A DNA stretch of 64,000 nt. Origin: a virus. This document shows positions 27,989-37,181 of the stretch, piece after piece; position 1 is the first letter of the stretch; every line of letters begins with the position of its first letter. The position numbers and the translations under genes were made by a program. The DNA is taken from IMG/VR virus record IMGVR_UViG_3300025289_000028, positions 5,342 through 69,341 of that record. One strand, written 5' to 3'. The notes beneath the pieces are model-generated. The model saw nothing but the letters and a program-made list of their open reading frames with translations. It was not told the DNA's origin and searched no databases.

Positions 27989-28261
27989 ATGCCAAAAGTC
28001 TATAATAGAATTACTATAGGAAAATACGATAGAAAAAAAATCTGTCAATATGATGATTCTGGTGAATTAATTAAAGAATGGGATTCTGCTTCTCAAATAA
28101 ATAATGAGCTTGGATTTGATAAGAGCGCAATTCTTAGATGTTGTAAAGGGGCTCAGAAAAAGTCTTATTGGTACGTTTGGAAATTCAAAGAGGAAGAAGA
28201 AACAGCTCCGGCAATATCATTTATTGAAAACGAAAATATTAACATTCTCAATCATGGATAA
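27989..28261 (+). CDS. stand-alone NUMOD1-like HTH protein (the homing-endonuclease-associated DNA-binding motif)
   Basis: 'YDDSGELIKEWDSASQINNELGFDKSAILRCCKGAQKKSYWYVWKF' matches the NUMOD1 pattern seen in I-TevI-like C-termini. Confidence 0.55.
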   Translation: MPKVYNRITIGKYDRKKICQYDDSGELIKEWDSASQINNELGFDKSAILRCCKGAQKKSYWYVWKFKEEEETAPAISFIENENINILNHG

Positions 28262-28772
28262 AATTTTTAGCAATTATAAAATAAACAAAAATATCGACCG
28301 TACAGGAGTTAATTTATTAATGAAAAATATTCGTAAAAGAACAAAATATTTATCAAGTATTGTTTATTCAGCTTACAATAGTAATGGAGAACAAATTAAT
28401 GGAAGGTGGCTTGTAAAAAAACAAAAAAATGGAAGATATAAATTTATTCCATATGATGAAGTATCTGAATTTTTAAGATTATCTTTAAACTTTAAAACAA
28501 CAATATTAAATTATTTAACTACTTCAAATTCTGTCATTGTCATACTTGTATGTAATATGAATCAGAAAATAGATGATAAAAAAATGATAAGAGAAATGTG
28601 GGGATTTAAAGTTGAAAGTAAAGGGGAAAATACAATTCTTACAGAAATAACAAGCGAAGATATTTATAAATATTCAACAACAAATGCTTATACTGGTAAA
28701 CATATCCCTCCGCAGTTGGAATTAGTTTATTGTGGTCCAGATGGGAAAATTTGTGGATGGGACATGATATAA
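28254..28772 (+). CDS. hypothetical protein (172 aa)
   Basis: Start moved to ATG 28254 (MDKIFSNY), overlapping the upstream stop. The ORF-track start at 28104 lies inside the upstream gene. Confidence 0.5.
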   Translation: MDKIFSNYKINKNIDRTGVNLLMKNIRKRTKYLSSIVYSAYNSNGEQINGRWLVKKQKNGRYKFIPYDEVSEFLRLSLNFKTTILNYLTTSNSVIVILVCNMNQKIDDKKMIREMWGFKVESKGENTILTEITSEDIYKYSTTNAYTGKHIPPQLELVYCGPDGKICGWDMI

Positions 28773-28787
28773 TATAACAACAATAAT

Positions 28788-29216
28788 ATGATGACAAAAA
28801 AAGATCAATTAGATTTCGAACAATGTAAAGAGTTACTTTATAGAATTGTGGACGAAAAATTAGATATTCCTTTGGAATACTTTCTATCAAACATTAAAAC
28901 CAGGGAACTCGCCAACACAAGAAGGGTCGTTGTGAAAATTTTAAAAATGAATTTTCCAAATTCAAAGGTAGAAACATTAGGAAAGGCAGTCAACAGGAAT
29001 CATGCAAACGTTTGTGTTCAATTAAAAAAACATGAAGATTTAATTTATTCAGATAAAATTTATGCTTCCTTGTTTCATAAAATAAATGATGAATTTTTTT
29101 TAATATACAAAAAAGATGATACTGATTATATCGATTATTTACGTAAGAACAAAAGCATTTTGGAAGACAAATTAAAATACATAAATCTACAAATTTCAGA
29201 AATAGAAAATAAATAA
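28788..29216 (+). CDS. DnaA domain-IV-like DNA-binding protein
   Basis: 'TRELANTRRVVVKILKMNFPNSKVETLGKAVNRNHANVCVQLKKHEDLI' resembles the DnaA C-terminal HTH block (R.iA..RqiAMYL....T..S...IG..FgrdHtTV.ha.kki). Confidence 0.45.
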   Translation: MMTKKDQLDFEQCKELLYRIVDEKLDIPLEYFLSNIKTRELANTRRVVVKILKMNFPNSKVETLGKAVNRNHANVCVQLKKHEDLIYSDKIYASLFHKINDEFFLIYKKDDTDYIDYLRKNKSILEDKLKYINLQISEIENK

Positions 29217-29217
29217 A

Positions 29218-29778
29218 ATGGGCTATCGAAACTACATTGCTTCTATCACAAAGGAAGAGTATGACAAAATTAAAGACTTCACAAAGAAAGAGCTTTATGA
29301 ATATAAAAACGAAGACATAGAAGATGGTTGTGTTGGAGTTTGTGATATGGCTGAAAAGGAGTTATATGGATTTGGAAAATATTGTGAATTTGGTGATGAA
29401 AAGTTTTATAAACCATTCTTTATGAATAAAGATTTACAAGAGAATTTCACAGCCGAACAAGATTTTTATATTGTTGGTAAAGATTTCCTAAAACATATAA
29501 TTGAGCACAATAATGAAAAAATGAAATTCTTATATACGGAATTAATTTCCGGAATCACAGATGAAAACATCAGCAACATACCTCAGAAAAAAGCTGAAGA
29601 ATTATTTAACTGGGTAAGAGGAAATGCAATAGAGTGGACACATTTAACTCCTTATAATTTGGATGAAGGAGATGAGATTACAACAAGCTGGAAATACGAA
29701 TATTCAATTTTTGAGCTTGTTAGAATTTATAAAAGTTTTGATTGGAAAAATAATATAATGTTTTATTACGGTTATTAA
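29218..29778 (+). CDS. hypothetical protein (186 aa)
   Basis: ORF. Confidence 0.5.
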   Translation: MGYRNYIASITKEEYDKIKDFTKKELYEYKNEDIEDGCVGVCDMAEKELYGFGKYCEFGDEKFYKPFFMNKDLQENFTAEQDFYIVGKDFLKHIIEHNNEKMKFLYTELISGITDENISNIPQKKAEELFNWVRGNAIEWTHLTPYNLDEGDEITTSWKYEYSIFELVRIYKSFDWKNNIMFYYGY

Positions 29779-29787
29779 TTTATAATA

Positions 29788-30141
29788 ATGACAAATATAT
29801 CAGTGCTTCCAGCAGCAATATTAGCTTTGCACAAACTAAATAAGGGTAAAGGTAAAAATTATGACCAATATCCAGCACTTAAGACTAAAAAACGTAAAGT
29901 GGATATTTGGTGGAATAGTTTAGATTTCCATCAAAAAGTAGAAGTTGGAAATGTTGCTATTCATTTTAAGAAAATGTCAGCAAACTATAAATGGAGATGC
30001 CAGGATTTAGAAAATGATAAAGGTGGAAGCAAATTTTCAGACTTAACTAATTCACAAAAAAGAATTGTGAAATTCGTGTTCCAACAAAGAAGTAAAAAAT
30101 ACAGCATGTTTGATTTGGCTAGTTTGTTTGGGGTAAATTAA
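29788..30141 (+). CDS. hypothetical protein (117 aa)
   Basis: ORF. Confidence 0.5.
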   Translation: MTNISVLPAAILALHKLNKGKGKNYDQYPALKTKKRKVDIWWNSLDFHQKVEVGNVAIHFKKMSANYKWRCQDLENDKGGSKFSDLTNSQKRIVKFVFQQRSKKYSMFDLASLFGVN

Positions 30142-30166
30142 CGTTTCTAATAATTGATATCAAAAA

Positions 30167-31108
30167 ATGAAAAAGATACACATAAACAATGATGATAATT
30201 ATGCTACTCCACCAGAGTTTTACGAAGAGTTAAACAGTAGATTTAATTTTGATTTTGATCCATGTCCTTACAGTGAAAACGAAATTACAGTTGATGGATT
30301 AAAAATTGAATGGGGTAATTCAAACTTCATTAATCCTCCTTATAGTCAAAAATTAAAAGAGAAATTTATTAAAAAAGGAATCGAAGAAATGAAAAAAGGC
30401 AAAGTTTGTGTTTTCCTGCTCCCTGTTTCAACTTCAACGAAATTATTCCAAGAATACATTAAACCAAATGCAACCAAAATTGAATTTATAAAAGGAAGAA
30501 TTAAGTTCGGCAAAATAGATGAAACTGGAAAATTCTATTTACCATTAAATTCAAAAGGAAAAACACAAAGTGGGACAAAAGATAGTATGATAGTTGTTTT
30601 TGACGGACGTGTTCCGGCTGAGAACATTAAAGATTTAGTATTATCAGAATACAAAAATGGAAACATAGTAACAGCAACATTTGATGGTATTCAAGCAATG
30701 CCATTAAAAGAATTTGTTAAACAACCAGCCGGAGGCATGTTGTATGATTTAAATAGATGCGAGTCTGTTATATTAACATTCATAGAAGACCCAAAATGGG
30801 TTAACGATTATGCTGTTGCACAGGTTATTAGAGAATTAAAAAGACAAATTGATGAGTTAAAAAGTAATGTTTCATGCCGTTTTAGTGTTGGAGATACAGT
30901 GATTTCAATAAATGATGCATTTTCTGAAACAGAACACAATAAAGACGGAGCGAAGAATGTTGGTAAGGAAACTTATATAGTAAACAAAGTGGAATATTGG
31001 AAGCAAGGCGAAGGGTACTTGGTTTATGGAGAGAAGTCAGATAAAAGAAATTGCCAAGTATGGCACCATGAAAACGATTTAGAACTTGTTAGTAAAAAGA
31101 GTGATTAA
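30167..31108 (+). CDS. phage-type DNA N6-adenine methyltransferase (Dam family) with a ~150-aa C-terminal extension
   Basis: 'NYATPPEFYEELNSRFNFDFDPCP...DGLKIEWGNSNFINPPYS...GKVCVFLLPVSTSTKLFQEYI' matches the phage Dam family blocks (ATP..f...lD.a........L...W...vf.NPPYs....w..k......g..vv.Llp..tst.wf). Confidence 0.8.
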   Translation: MKKIHINNDDNYATPPEFYEELNSRFNFDFDPCPYSENEITVDGLKIEWGNSNFINPPYSQKLKEKFIKKGIEEMKKGKVCVFLLPVSTSTKLFQEYIKPNATKIEFIKGRIKFGKIDETGKFYLPLNSKGKTQSGTKDSMIVVFDGRVPAENIKDLVLSEYKNGNIVTATFDGIQAMPLKEFVKQPAGGMLYDLNRCESVILTFIEDPKWVNDYAVAQVIRELKRQIDELKSNVSCRFSVGDTVISINDAFSETEHNKDGAKNVGKETYIVNKVEYWKQGEGYLVYGEKSDKRNCQVWHHENDLELVSKKSD

Positions 31109-31236
31109 CCACAAAACTTGATGAAGATATGACTTTCAAAACACAACAAATATTTACACAAATTAGACCACCACCAGTTTTTATTTATCTAATGTTAGTG
31201 GCAGTTTATTTTCATGCATCAAGTTTACCACAAAAC
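31109..31236. repeat. 10-bp perfect inverted repeat (aaacttgatg / catcaagttt) with an adjacent 9-bp direct repeat (ccacaaaac), flanking a 42-codon hydrophobic ORF (31129..31257)
   Basis: IR arms lie at 31114-31123 and 31217-31226. The direct repeat lies at 31109-31117 and 31228-31236. Confidence 0.7.
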
Positions 31237-31313
31237 ACGAAAGAAGATTTAAATTGAAAAAATAGCGTGGAAAAATAAATAATTTATTAATTAAACAATT
31301 AAAAACAAACAAA

Positions 31314-32738
31314 ATGCAACAAATAATTTTAATCTATGGTATTCCTTCAATAATATTGATTGCTATTTCTATTTATGTTTTCTCTCTACGAAGAATTGTT
31401 CCTACAAATGTAGTTCATATTGTTCAAAGGGGAAATAAAACAGTTTCATACGGAGTGGGAAAAGAATCTAATGTCTATTATGAATTTCCTGGATGGCTAC
31501 CAAAAATAGGTGTTATTAAGCGAGAATTGCCTGTATCAAATTTTGATATTGATTTATTAAAGTATTCTGCTTATGATAAAGACCGAGTACCTTTTGTGGT
31601 TGATGTTAAAGCGTTCTTTCATATAGCAGATACTAATAAAGCCGCAGAGAAAGTAGAATCATTTGATGAAATGAGAAAGCAATTAGAAAATGTTGTTCAA
31701 GGTGCTGTCCGTTCTATATTGGCAAAATCAAAATTGGAAGAAATAATGGAAGAGCGTTCTATTTTTGGAGATAAGTTTACTGAAAATGTAAAAACCGATT
31801 TGCAAAATTGGGGCGTTGAGCCAATAAAAAATATCGAGTTGATGGATGTGAGAGATGCTGATGGCTCAAATGTTATTCATCAGATAATGGCAAAAAGAAT
31901 TTCTGCAATTGATATGGAATCAAGAACAGAAGTTGCTAAAAATAGAAAGTTTGCTCAACAAGCGGAACTTGAAGCACAAAAAGAAATTGATATAACAAAA
32001 GCTGATACAGAAAAGATGTCCGGAGAGGCACAAGCTAAATCCAAACAAGCAATTGGTATAGCACAAGCAGAATCAGACAAACAATCAGGTATTGCTAATC
32101 AACAAGCAGTTTCAGAGATTGCAAAATCAGAAAGATTGACAGCCGAGCAACAGATGGAAGTTATTAAAGTAAATCAAATCAAACAAGCTGAAATCAATAA
32201 GGAGAATGCCATTATCTTAGCTGAACAAGATAAGAGAAAAATGGAAATTTCAGCAGAAGCCAATAAATTTAGAGTAGAAACTGATGCTTCTGCTCAACTG
32301 GAAGCCAAAAAGAAATTGGCAGAGGGTGAAAAAACTTTCGGTGAGGCTGAAGCTTTTGTTATTCAAGCTAAAGGTATTTCTATGGCAGAATCTAAGAAAG
32401 CAATGGAATTAGCAGGTGTAACAGCTCAAACAACACTGGCGAAAGAGATTGGTGAAAACAAACCTTATCAAGAATATTTGATAAAGATTAAAGAGGTTGA
32501 AGTTAGCCAAGTAATTGGTGTTACTCAATACGAATCAATAGCAACTGCTTTATCGAAAGCTGATTTAAAACTTTTAATCAATAGCGGTGATGTACATTCT
32601 GGTATAGGTAAATTGTCAGACTTATTTACCGCTAAAGGAGCTTCTCAACTAAATGGAATGATTGAGGGATTAAAGCAAACAGATGAAGGAAAAAGCATTC
32701 TGTCTATTTTAGACAAATTTAAACCTAAAGTAGGATAA
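31314..32738 (+). CDS. SPFH/band-7 (flotillin-like) membrane protein
   Basis: An N-terminal TM helix is followed by an SPFH domain and a long Ala/Glu/Gln-rich coiled-coil (AEQDKRKMEISAEANKFRVETDASAQLEAKKKLAEGEK). Confidence 0.7.
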   Translation: MQQIILIYGIPSIILIAISIYVFSLRRIVPTNVVHIVQRGNKTVSYGVGKESNVYYEFPGWLPKIGVIKRELPVSNFDIDLLKYSAYDKDRVPFVVDVKAFFHIADTNKAAEKVESFDEMRKQLENVVQGAVRSILAKSKLEEIMEERSIFGDKFTENVKTDLQNWGVEPIKNIELMDVRDADGSNVIHQIMAKRISAIDMESRTEVAKNRKFAQQAELEAQKEIDITKADTEKMSGEAQAKSKQAIGIAQAESDKQSGIANQQAVSEIAKSERLTAEQQMEVIKVNQIKQAEINKENAIILAEQDKRKMEISAEANKFRVETDASAQLEAKKKLAEGEKTFGEAEAFVIQAKGISMAESKKAMELAGVTAQTTLAKEIGENKPYQEYLIKIKEVEVSQVIGVTQYESIATALSKADLKLLINSGDVHSGIGKLSDLFTAKGASQLNGMIEGLKQTDEGKSILSILDKFKPKVG

Positions 32739-32742
32739 TCAT

Positions 32743-32790
32743 TGTAGGGAGGTGTTTTTAATTCAAATTTTCCTCCCTACATTTGTTAAA
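32743..32790 (+). terminator. Probable terminator or regulatory hairpin after the flotillin gene
   Basis: Perfect 10-bp inverted repeat tgtagggagg...cctccctaca with a 19-nt loop, followed by tttgtt. Confidence 0.5.
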
Positions 32791-32846
32791 ATTATAAATA
32801 TAACAAACAATAAACTTTTTCGTTTAATTTATAAAACATTAATATT

Positions 32847-33368
32847 ATGGGATGTCATACTTGGTTTTCAGCTCCTTATGAAACTGATAAGAAAAAAATA
32901 ATTAACTTAGCTCAGGAATGGCTAAATAAAACAGAGTATATTTCAGCTGGACACAGAAAAATGTATCAATGGGCAATTGATAACGAATTAGAAGAGCCGG
33001 TTTGTGAATTAGCAACATTTGAAACAGAATGTAATAGAAACGAAAACTGGATTCTATACAAGGATATTAGAAATTTTTCTGTTGAAAAATATAATAAAGA
33101 AAACGGAACGAGCTATTACAAATATGATACGTTTTTTGATAAAAATAACGTGTTAGAATCTTATTCAGATGAGCCAAGAATAGGCGGTTATCCAGATGAT
33201 ATAATCCATTCTTATGATGAAATGGTTGAATTTATGAAAACTGGTTATACCGACAAAGAGGGAAAACATTTTGATTTTCACTTAGATGAAGATAGAAAAG
33301 AAATGGTTATGAATGGAATTAAAACATTTTTCACCAATCATCCACAAGGAATTATTACTTTCGGTTAA
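32847..33368 (+). CDS. hypothetical protein (173 aa)
   Basis: ORF. Confidence 0.5.
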   Translation: MGCHTWFSAPYETDKKKIINLAQEWLNKTEYISAGHRKMYQWAIDNELEEPVCELATFETECNRNENWILYKDIRNFSVEKYNKENGTSYYKYDTFFDKNNVLESYSDEPRIGGYPDDIIHSYDEMVEFMKTGYTDKEGKHFDFHLDEDRKEMVMNGIKTFFTNHPQGIITFG

Positions 33369-33370
33369 TT

Positions 33371-34165
33371 ATGGAACACACAATAACAGATATTTCAATT
33401 TACAGGAAAGAAATGGCAAAATCCATGGTGGATAAGCTTTTCTTTATAGAACGAATTGACGCTAAATTAATAGTTGATTTCGGGTGCGCTGATGGTACCA
33501 TGCTAAAATTCATTAAAAACTTACGTCCGGATATAAAACTTGTAGGTTATGACGTATCACAAGAAATGATAGACATAGCTGATAATAGCGATATTTGGGA
33601 AGGCAAAAGTAGACCAATATTTACTTGTCATTGGAATAGAATAAAATCCATAGTAGAAGATTGTCAAAAAAAAGGAATAGAAACCGCCATAACTCTTTCA
33701 TCTGTTATTCATGAAGTATATTCCTATGGAAATGAAGAAAGCGTTAAGGAATTTTGGGATAATATTTTTAATACTGGCTTTGATTATATTATAATCAGAG
33801 ATATGCTTGTTAGTAAAAACGTAAATCATGAATCCTCATTAAAGGATGTTGAAAAAGTATACAATACTAACGACCAGCACATAGCTGAATTTGAATCTGT
33901 TTGGGGCTCCATTTCTAATCACAAAAACTTATTGCATTATCTTTTAAAATATCGTTATAATAAAAACTGGTTCCGGGAATTACGAGAAAACTACATGCCA
34001 ATCACATTAGAGGATATGCTAAGCCGGATACCAACAAACGATTATTCTTTTGATTTTTATGAGCATTATATTTTGCCGTTTATAGCTAAGTCTATTAAAA
34101 AGGAGTTTGGGATTACATTAAAAGAAAATACGCACATTAAGTTAATTCTTAAAAAGAAATTTTAA
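33371..34165 (+). CDS. class I SAM-dependent methyltransferase (substrate unknown)
   Basis: Motif I 'LIVDFGCADGTMLKFI' (hh[DE]hGxGxG). Confidence 0.6.
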   Translation: MEHTITDISIYRKEMAKSMVDKLFFIERIDAKLIVDFGCADGTMLKFIKNLRPDIKLVGYDVSQEMIDIADNSDIWEGKSRPIFTCHWNRIKSIVEDCQKKGIETAITLSSVIHEVYSYGNEESVKEFWDNIFNTGFDYIIIRDMLVSKNVNHESSLKDVEKVYNTNDQHIAEFESVWGSISNHKNLLHYLLKYRYNKNWFRELRENYMPITLEDMLSRIPTNDYSFDFYEHYILPFIAKSIKKEFGITLKENTHIKLILKKKF

Positions 34166-34167
34166 AT

Positions 34168-34404
34168 ATGAAAATTCATTTTGCAGAAATAGAAAGTCAT
34201 GCCAATGAAAGTGACAACACTACATACTGGAGCGATGCTATATGTGGAATAGAATCTGAAAATTTAGAAGATGATTGGGATTTAGTTGATTGTAAAAAAT
34301 GTTTAAAACGCAAAATCCAATATAAACAAGAACAAGAAATAGCAATTGAACAAAGTTGTGATGATATGGAAGGTTTTGTTAAATTCATGGAAAATAAAAA
34401 ATAA
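34168..34404 (+). CDS. hypothetical protein (78 aa), Cys cluster
   Basis: ORF. Confidence 0.45.
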   Translation: MKIHFAEIESHANESDNTTYWSDAICGIESENLEDDWDLVDCKKCLKRKIQYKQEQEIAIEQSCDDMEGFVKFMENKK

Positions 34405-34406
34405 CT

Positions 34407-34892
34407 ATGGAACAAGAAAAGCCGTTTAAAGACTGGGAAAACCATTTTCAAACACCTGAAAACATTTGTAAATACATGACATCATTTCTTCCAGAGAATG
34501 CCGGTTCTATTTTGGAACCAACTCCAGGAAAAGGAAATTTAGTAAGAGCATTACAACCTTTTGGCAATGTAATAGCTCCGGATAACTTCAACACTTTGAT
34601 ATTAAATAAATTCGACTACATCGTAATGAACCCTCCATTTACTCCAATGTCTGAAGGTTATAAAATACTTTATAAATGCATGGAAATGACTAATAATATC
34701 ATAGCTTTGATGCCTTATTTAGCTATTATAAATGGAGAAAAGAGAACACAAGACATCATGAATTTTGGATTGAAATCAATTACTCACTTGCCAAGAAGTA
34801 CATTCAAAGGAAGTAGAGTTCAAACCTGTATCTTAGAAATGAAACGCGAATACAAAGGTGAAACAATTTTTAAACTGTTACCAAAAATTTAA
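34407..34892 (+). CDS. compact N6-adenine MTase-like protein (gamma-class motif order)
   Basis: 'FQTPENICKYM...ILEPTPGKGNL' (motifs X/I) is followed by 'DYIVMNPPFTP' (motif IV). At 161 aa it is short for a complete MTase. Confidence 0.5.
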   Translation: MEQEKPFKDWENHFQTPENICKYMTSFLPENAGSILEPTPGKGNLVRALQPFGNVIAPDNFNTLILNKFDYIVMNPPFTPMSEGYKILYKCMEMTNNIIALMPYLAIINGEKRTQDIMNFGLKSITHLPRSTFKGSRVQTCILEMKREYKGETIFKLLPKI

Positions 34893-34897
34893 ACACA

Positions 34898-35125
34898 ATG
34901 AAAATAACAAAAATCGAGAGAGAAAAATGGGTATACTTAGTAACTTTTGAGCCAAATTTCTTAGAAAAGTTTTTTGGAATAAAAACTAAAACAAAAAAAT
35001 TTAAAGATAGCGGTAATCATTATACGTTTGGTGGAGGTAATATTTATCATGACGAAGATGGAGAAAAAACAGGTAATGGAAGTTATGTTGGAGAATCAAT
35101 TGATAAATGGAGAAGAAAATTTTAA
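34898..35125 (+). CDS. hypothetical protein (75 aa)
   Basis: ORF. Confidence 0.45.
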   Translation: MKITKIEREKWVYLVTFEPNFLEKFFGIKTKTKKFKDSGNHYTFGGGNIYHDEDGEKTGNGSYVGESIDKWRRKF

Positions 35126-35137
35126 AATAGCAAAAAC

Positions 35138-35578
35138 ATGAAATTAGCTTTTGATATACATGGCGTGGTTGATAGTTTACCGGAATTATTTTCTGTTATT
35201 TCTAAATTGTTAGTAGAAAACAAACATGAAATTCACATTCTTACCGGATCAAAATGGAGCAAAAAAGTAGAAGACCAGCTTGAAAAATATGGTATAAAAT
35301 ATACTCATCATTTTAGTATTACTGATTATCATCTTTCTATTGGTACTCCAATGCGTTATAGCACACCTGATGACCCATGGATTGATACTGGCGATAAGCA
35401 ACAAGATGAAATTCTATGGGATAGAACTAAAGGTGATTATTGTGCTGAGCATAAAATAGATTTATGTATTGATGACACAATGAGATATAATAACTACTTT
35501 TCAAGCCCTTTTGCGCGACTATGGACTCATAATAATCATAAAAAAGCTTCGCATAAAGACAAAAGACATTTAGATTAA
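35138..35578 (+). CDS. HAD-superfamily 5'(3')-deoxyribonucleotidase-like protein
   Basis: N-terminal 'LAFDIHGVV' (DxDGV-like motif I) and C-terminal 'LCIDD' (motif IV) resemble the NT5C family. Confidence 0.45.
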   Translation: MKLAFDIHGVVDSLPELFSVISKLLVENKHEIHILTGSKWSKKVEDQLEKYGIKYTHHFSITDYHLSIGTPMRYSTPDDPWIDTGDKQQDEILWDRTKGDYCAEHKIDLCIDDTMRYNNYFSSPFARLWTHNNHKKASHKDKRHLD

Positions 35579-35580
35579 AA

Positions 35581-35826
35581 ATGGGAATAGCAAATTTTAA
35601 ATGTGTTTATTGTGAGAAAAGTGTTATGTGGTTTTCTGAAACATTAAATAATCGTAGTGTTTTTATTTTCAGAACACCGATAGAAACCAAAGATGCTTGT
35701 TATAAATGTGCTTATATGGCTGAAAATACAAGAACTGTTATGATGGAGAAAGTAATTGAAGTTAAAGAAAGAATAAATTCTATTAGGAATAAGATAATTA
35801 GAGATAAAAAGATGTTAGACATTTAG
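35581..35826 (+). CDS. hypothetical Cys-rich protein (81 aa); variant motif ...TRTVMMEK
   Basis: ORF. Confidence 0.45.
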   Translation: MGIANFKCVYCEKSVMWFSETLNNRSVFIFRTPIETKDACYKCAYMAENTRTVMMEKVIEVKERINSIRNKIIRDKKMLDI

Positions 35827-35833
35827 ATTAAAT

Positions 35834-36037
35834 ATGGAAGACGGTGGTTTTGATATTAGAACAAGAGTGGTGTTAATTGAAAAGCGTGATAATCCTTTTC
35901 ATTATTCAAAATTAGAAGAAGTAAAAAATACTTGGAAAAACGGTGAACATCCAGAAGAGTGTAGAGGCCAATGTAATGTAAAAATGAGTTTTATCGTTGA
36001 ATCTTGCTCTTGTTGTGGATGGATAGGCGATTATTAA
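35834..36037 (+). CDS. hypothetical Cys-rich protein (67 aa); N-terminal ...RTRVVLIEK motif
   Basis: ORF. Confidence 0.45.
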   Translation: MEDGGFDIRTRVVLIEKRDNPFHYSKLEEVKNTWKNGEHPEECRGQCNVKMSFIVESCSCCGWIGDY

Positions 36038-36051
36038 TTAAACCAAAAAAT

Positions 36052-36234
36052 ATGAAAAATTCTCGTTTTAAACGCATTTGGAACGATTTCTGGTACGAGT
36101 GGCATTATCCAAGAACGATAATAATAGGTGGTGGTCCGCAAGGTTATAAAACCTTTAGAAAACAACGATTGTTTAATGTGATAATAGCGTTAATAGTTAT
36201 AACAATTAGTATTTTAACTTTTTTTAAAAAATAA
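36052..36234 (+). CDS. small membrane protein (60 aa)
   Basis: Start moved to the in-frame ATG 36052 (MKNSRFKRIW). C-terminal TM helix. Confidence 0.4.
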   Translation: MKNSRFKRIWNDFWYEWHYPRTIIIGGGPQGYKTFRKQRLFNVIIALIVITISILTFFKK

Positions 36235-36237
36235 CAT

Positions 36238-36906
36238 ATGAAAAACAAGAACTTTTTATTATCATTTATTAGCAAATCAAAACTATTTTATTTTGATGAA
36301 AATGAACTTCAATTTAAAAGAACACATGGATTTTTTACTATGATTGTTTTATTTTGCTTAATTATAGCATTCGTATCTGGGGGTATTATTACAAAAGAAA
36401 CGGAGCTTGAAATGATGAATAAATATAGTGATAAAGAAAAAATGTTGATAATAAAAAATGGAGATAAATTTAGTGAAGAAAAATTAATACTTTTTCTTAA
36501 TGAGCTTAATGTGCCATTTCCAGAGATAATTTATTCTCAAGCAAGATTAGAAAGTGGAAACTTCAGCAGTAAATTGTTTTTTGAAAATAACAACATTTTT
36601 GGAATGAGGACAGTAAGTTCACGAGCTACACTACAGATAAAAACGCAAAACGGTTACGGTGTTTATAATTCCTGGAGACAATCTGTTGTTGATTATGTTT
36701 TATTTTCTTGTTGTTACCTGAGAGATTTAAAAACAAAAGAACAATATTATGATTATATCGAAAAAAATTATTCAGAAACAGTAGGATATTCAGATAGAGT
36801 TAAAAGCATTGAAAAAGAATATTTTAAAAAAATAAAAGGGCTAACCGGGAATAGTTATGAAATATATTCAAAACCGGTTGTTGGTGATTCGGTTGTTAAA
36901 AAATAA
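36238..36906 (+). CDS. peptidoglycan hydrolase, glucosaminidase (FlgJ-like) domain with N-terminal TM anchor. Candidate endolysin or virion lysin
   Basis: 'IYSQARLESGNFSS...NNNIFGMR' matches the glucosaminidase motif (aqAalESgwG.S...NNlFGik). Confidence 0.65.
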   Translation: MKNKNFLLSFISKSKLFYFDENELQFKRTHGFFTMIVLFCLIIAFVSGGIITKETELEMMNKYSDKEKMLIIKNGDKFSEEKLILFLNELNVPFPEIIYSQARLESGNFSSKLFFENNNIFGMRTVSSRATLQIKTQNGYGVYNSWRQSVVDYVLFSCCYLRDLKTKEQYYDYIEKNYSETVGYSDRVKSIEKEYFKKIKGLTGNSYEIYSKPVVGDSVVKK

Positions 36907-37181
36907 TGAAAAAAATTAATCACGATGAAATTTCAGTACTAAAACGTATAGTACTTATAGAAAAAAGTTATTATTTTAAAAAAGGTGATACCGTTAGAAT
37001 AAATACTAAAATTATAGAGCCTTATTATTATTGGCGTGAATTTAAAGAAAGTTTAGGGACTGTATTTTCCTGTGATAAAGAATGGAACGAAGTAACAATA
37101 TTATGGTTTACTACAAATGATAGAGTAGGATTACCGTCATTATGGGATTCTTTTAATTTAATTAGAGTTGATAAGGATTGA
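36906..37181 (+). CDS. hypothetical protein (91 aa); N-terminal ...LKRIVLIEK motif
   Basis: Last gene of the plus-strand array. Confidence 0.5.
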   Translation: MKKINHDEISVLKRIVLIEKSYYFKKGDTVRINTKIIEPYYYWREFKESLGTVFSCDKEWNEVTILWFTTNDRVGLPSLWDSFNLIRVDKD

